A DNA stretch of 64,000 bases. It comes from Cyanobacteriota bacterium (lineage in GTDB: Bacteria > Cyanobacteriota > Cyanobacteriia > Thermostichales > Thermostichaceae). Location: positions 74,524 to 138,523 of the forward strand of contig JANRIL010000040.1 of assembly GCA_033764955.1 (NCBI GenBank). Reading direction: 5' to 3'. A model generated the notes under the pieces. That model ran no database searches and had not been told where the DNA came from. It saw nothing but the letters and a program-made list of their open reading frames with translations. Within the stretch, counting starts at the first letter, position 1. Each line of letters starts with the position of its first letter. Positions 62,055-64,000 of the stretch are shown here, piece by piece. The translations under genes and the position numbers were made by a program.

Positions 62055-63494
62055 CTAACCAATTGTTGCCAATTGGATCCCTCCCTGAACGGGGGGTATA
62101 GGAGAGAGGGTGTAGGCCAGCAACGCCCTGAGCAAGGCATCCGCTCCCCCTCCCACCCGCACTACAGGCGTTTGCAGCTTTGCTTGCAGATCCTGCCAAG
62201 TCCAATCATCCAAAAAGGTGGTGTCGTCTTTGAGGGTGACCGAGGGCAGCAACAGGACATCTCCCAACTTGACTCCCCGCAGGGCTTGCCAGATGTCCTG
62301 CCCGGTCAACAATCCCGTTACGGTCATGGGTTGTCCCCAAAAAGGGCTGGCAATACCGATCAGGTGCACACGGAGGTTAGGGATCCGATTGAGCCGCTCG
62401 ACAATAGGTTGCAAGGCTGGTTCGACGGCATTGCCCACCACCCAGGTGGCTTGTAGGGGGGAGGGGAACTCTCTGGGCAGGGGGAGGTTCTGAAAATCTG
62501 TTAGAAATTGCCGCAGGGATCCTACTCCATTGCCGATTTGGGGATAGCCTTCGTAGTGGGAAGCGGGGGGCAATGGCTGGCCGGCCAGCAAATACCATTC
62601 ATCGGCTAACCAGGCAAATGTGGATCCCAGGCTGTCACGAAATTGCGTCTGGAGGGCGGTTACCTGCTCAATTACCTGCTGGGCTATCGGCTGATTGACC
62701 GGAGTCATGGCATCCTCCGGTGGACGAAAGCGAGTCAAGCCCACCGGAACCACGGCCACCGACAAGACCGTTGGGGGATCCTGCCCCAGCTCACCATGAT
62801 AAAAGCCTGCCAGATCCAAAAGGGTATGGGTCAAATGCTCTCCATCATTCCAGCCAGGACATAAAACTACTTGGGCATGAATCTGGAGGCGATGCTGGCG
62901 AAACCAAGCCAACTGCTCTCGGATCAAACCCGCTCGTGGGTTTTTCAAGAGGCGAGCGCGGATTTCTGGCTCGGTGGCATGAACGGAAATATAAAGAGGG
63001 GATAGGCGCATTTGGGCGATTCGCTCCCACTCCGTTGTGGGTAGATTCGTCAGGGTCAGATAGCTGCCATAGAGAAAACTCAAGCGATAGTCGTCATCTT
63101 TGAGGTGCAAACTGGCCCGCATTTCTGGTGGCTGTTGATCGATAAAGCAAAACGGACAGGCATTATTGCACTGAATCAACCCATCAAATAAAGCTGTCTC
63201 AAATTCTAGACCCAGATCCTGCTGCCAAGGATTGGCCAGATGTAAACGATAGGGTTGCCCATCCCCCCGCCGTATCTCCAGCTCCAGCTCCTCCTCAGCC
63301 ACCGCAAACTGATAATCAATCAAATCCCGCAAGGGTTGCCCATTCACCGATAACAACCGATCTCCTGCCTCGATTCCCGCCTGGGCGGCTAGGGATCCCG
63401 GCAAAACACGGCTGATACGGGCAGGCTGAATTGTGGAGCGGGACATCTTGGGCTGCGATGCTGGATTAGAGTTCAATGATCTCATTCCTAACAT
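62055..63494 (-). CDS. PDZ plus radical-SAM-like DUF512 protein (TIGR03279 type)
   Basis: CNNACPFCFIDQ, KDDDYRLSFLYGSY; start possibly MSRS at 63446. Confidence 0.88.
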   Translation of the reverse strand: MLGMRSLNSNPASQPKMSRSTIQPARISRVLPGSLAAQAGIEAGDRLLSVNGQPLRDLIDYQFAVAEEELELEIRRGDGQPYRLHLANPWQQDLGLEFETALFDGLIQCNNACPFCFIDQQPPEMRASLHLKDDDYRLSFLYGSYLTLTNLPTTEWERIAQMRLSPLYISVHATEPEIRARLLKNPRAGLIREQLAWFRQHRLQIHAQVVLCPGWNDGEHLTHTLLDLAGFYHGELGQDPPTVLSVAVVPVGLTRFRPPEDAMTPVNQPIAQQVIEQVTALQTQFRDSLGSTFAWLADEWYLLAGQPLPPASHYEGYPQIGNGVGSLRQFLTDFQNLPLPREFPSPLQATWVVGNAVEPALQPIVERLNRIPNLRVHLIGIASPFWGQPMTVTGLLTGQDIWQALRGVKLGDVLLLPSVTLKDDTTFLDDWTWQDLQAKLQTPVVRVGGGADALLRALLAYTLSPIPPVQGGIQLATIG

Positions 63495-63859
63495 GCTGGC
63501 TAGCCCACTTCATGCCGGATGGAGGGAATCCGCCGCCATTCTTGGAAACCGCTGGGGATCCCCTATAATGAGACAGGTTTACAAGTCTTTACTAGCAGAA
63601 CGGTATCGTAATGCTAGAAGCAAGACAGATCAAGCGCTGAAAAGTCAATCCCATAGCACTTGTTGCCAGTCCTAGATGGCTTGGGTAGCGAAGGTGACCC
63701 AAATCCATTTTTCTAGCAGCAAGATTATGAGCTACCATTTTTGGTAAACAGCTTGCGGGTTTAGTAAGAAGTTTTGCAACAACTGTCACAACTTCCATTC
63801 CGGCGCACTTTGTAGTTTCATTAACGTACTTATCTTAAAATCCATTAGGAGATCGCCAG

Positions 63860-64000
63860 ATGACGATAGCAGTTGGACGTATGGGGACAGAGCGGGGATG
63901 GTTCGACATTCTCGACGACTGGCTCAAACGGGACAGATTTGTATTTGTGGGGTGGTCGGGGTTACTGCTGTTTCCCTGCGCCTACTTGGCGTTGGGAGGG
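63860..64000 (+). CDS. psbD: Photosystem II D2 protein, 5' part only
   Basis: [52 protein letters not shown] upstream; runs off the window. Confidence 0.97.
   Translation, partial: MTIAVGRMGTERGWFDILDDWLKRDRFVFVGWSGLLLFPCAYLALGG

Overview
A 64 kb chromosomal window from a cyanobacterium. It is very rich in the palindrome GGGATCCC, the HIP1 variant known from hot-spring Synechococcus/Thermostichus-type genomes. Most genes are housekeeping: the NDH-1(3) CO2-uptake operon (ndhF3-ndhD3-cupA, with an NdhR/CcmR-type box and an oppositely oriented cupS), groEL2 with a perfect CIRCE, rpsD, an ECF sigma/anti-sigma/Spy cluster, cobW, OCP, sppA, alr, a probable 2-oxoglutarate decarboxylase, prfB with its programmed frameshift, nadK, trxA, rnz, rpmG-rpsR, dusB, pdhC, cyAbrB, an RbcR-like LysR regulator, comM, a ComFB-family gene and the start of psbD. 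An IS200/IS605-family tnpB element carries a nonsense codon. The standout is ~19.8-28.0 kb, which has the architecture of a polymorphic toxin locus built on a lipoprotein carrier. A dockerin-like/Ig-like lipoprotein ends in an AT-rich tip followed by a coupled immunity-like gene. A start-less orphan cassette repeats ~324 bp of the carrier and carries a different, Tox-SHH-like nuclease tip. Two diverged immunity paralogs follow, the second preceded by the tail of a variant toxin. The locus ends in a VWD/beta-propeller lipoprotein that appears to hold the missing half of an Ig-like domain cut at the cassette junction. All calls are from manual reading; no database searches were run.
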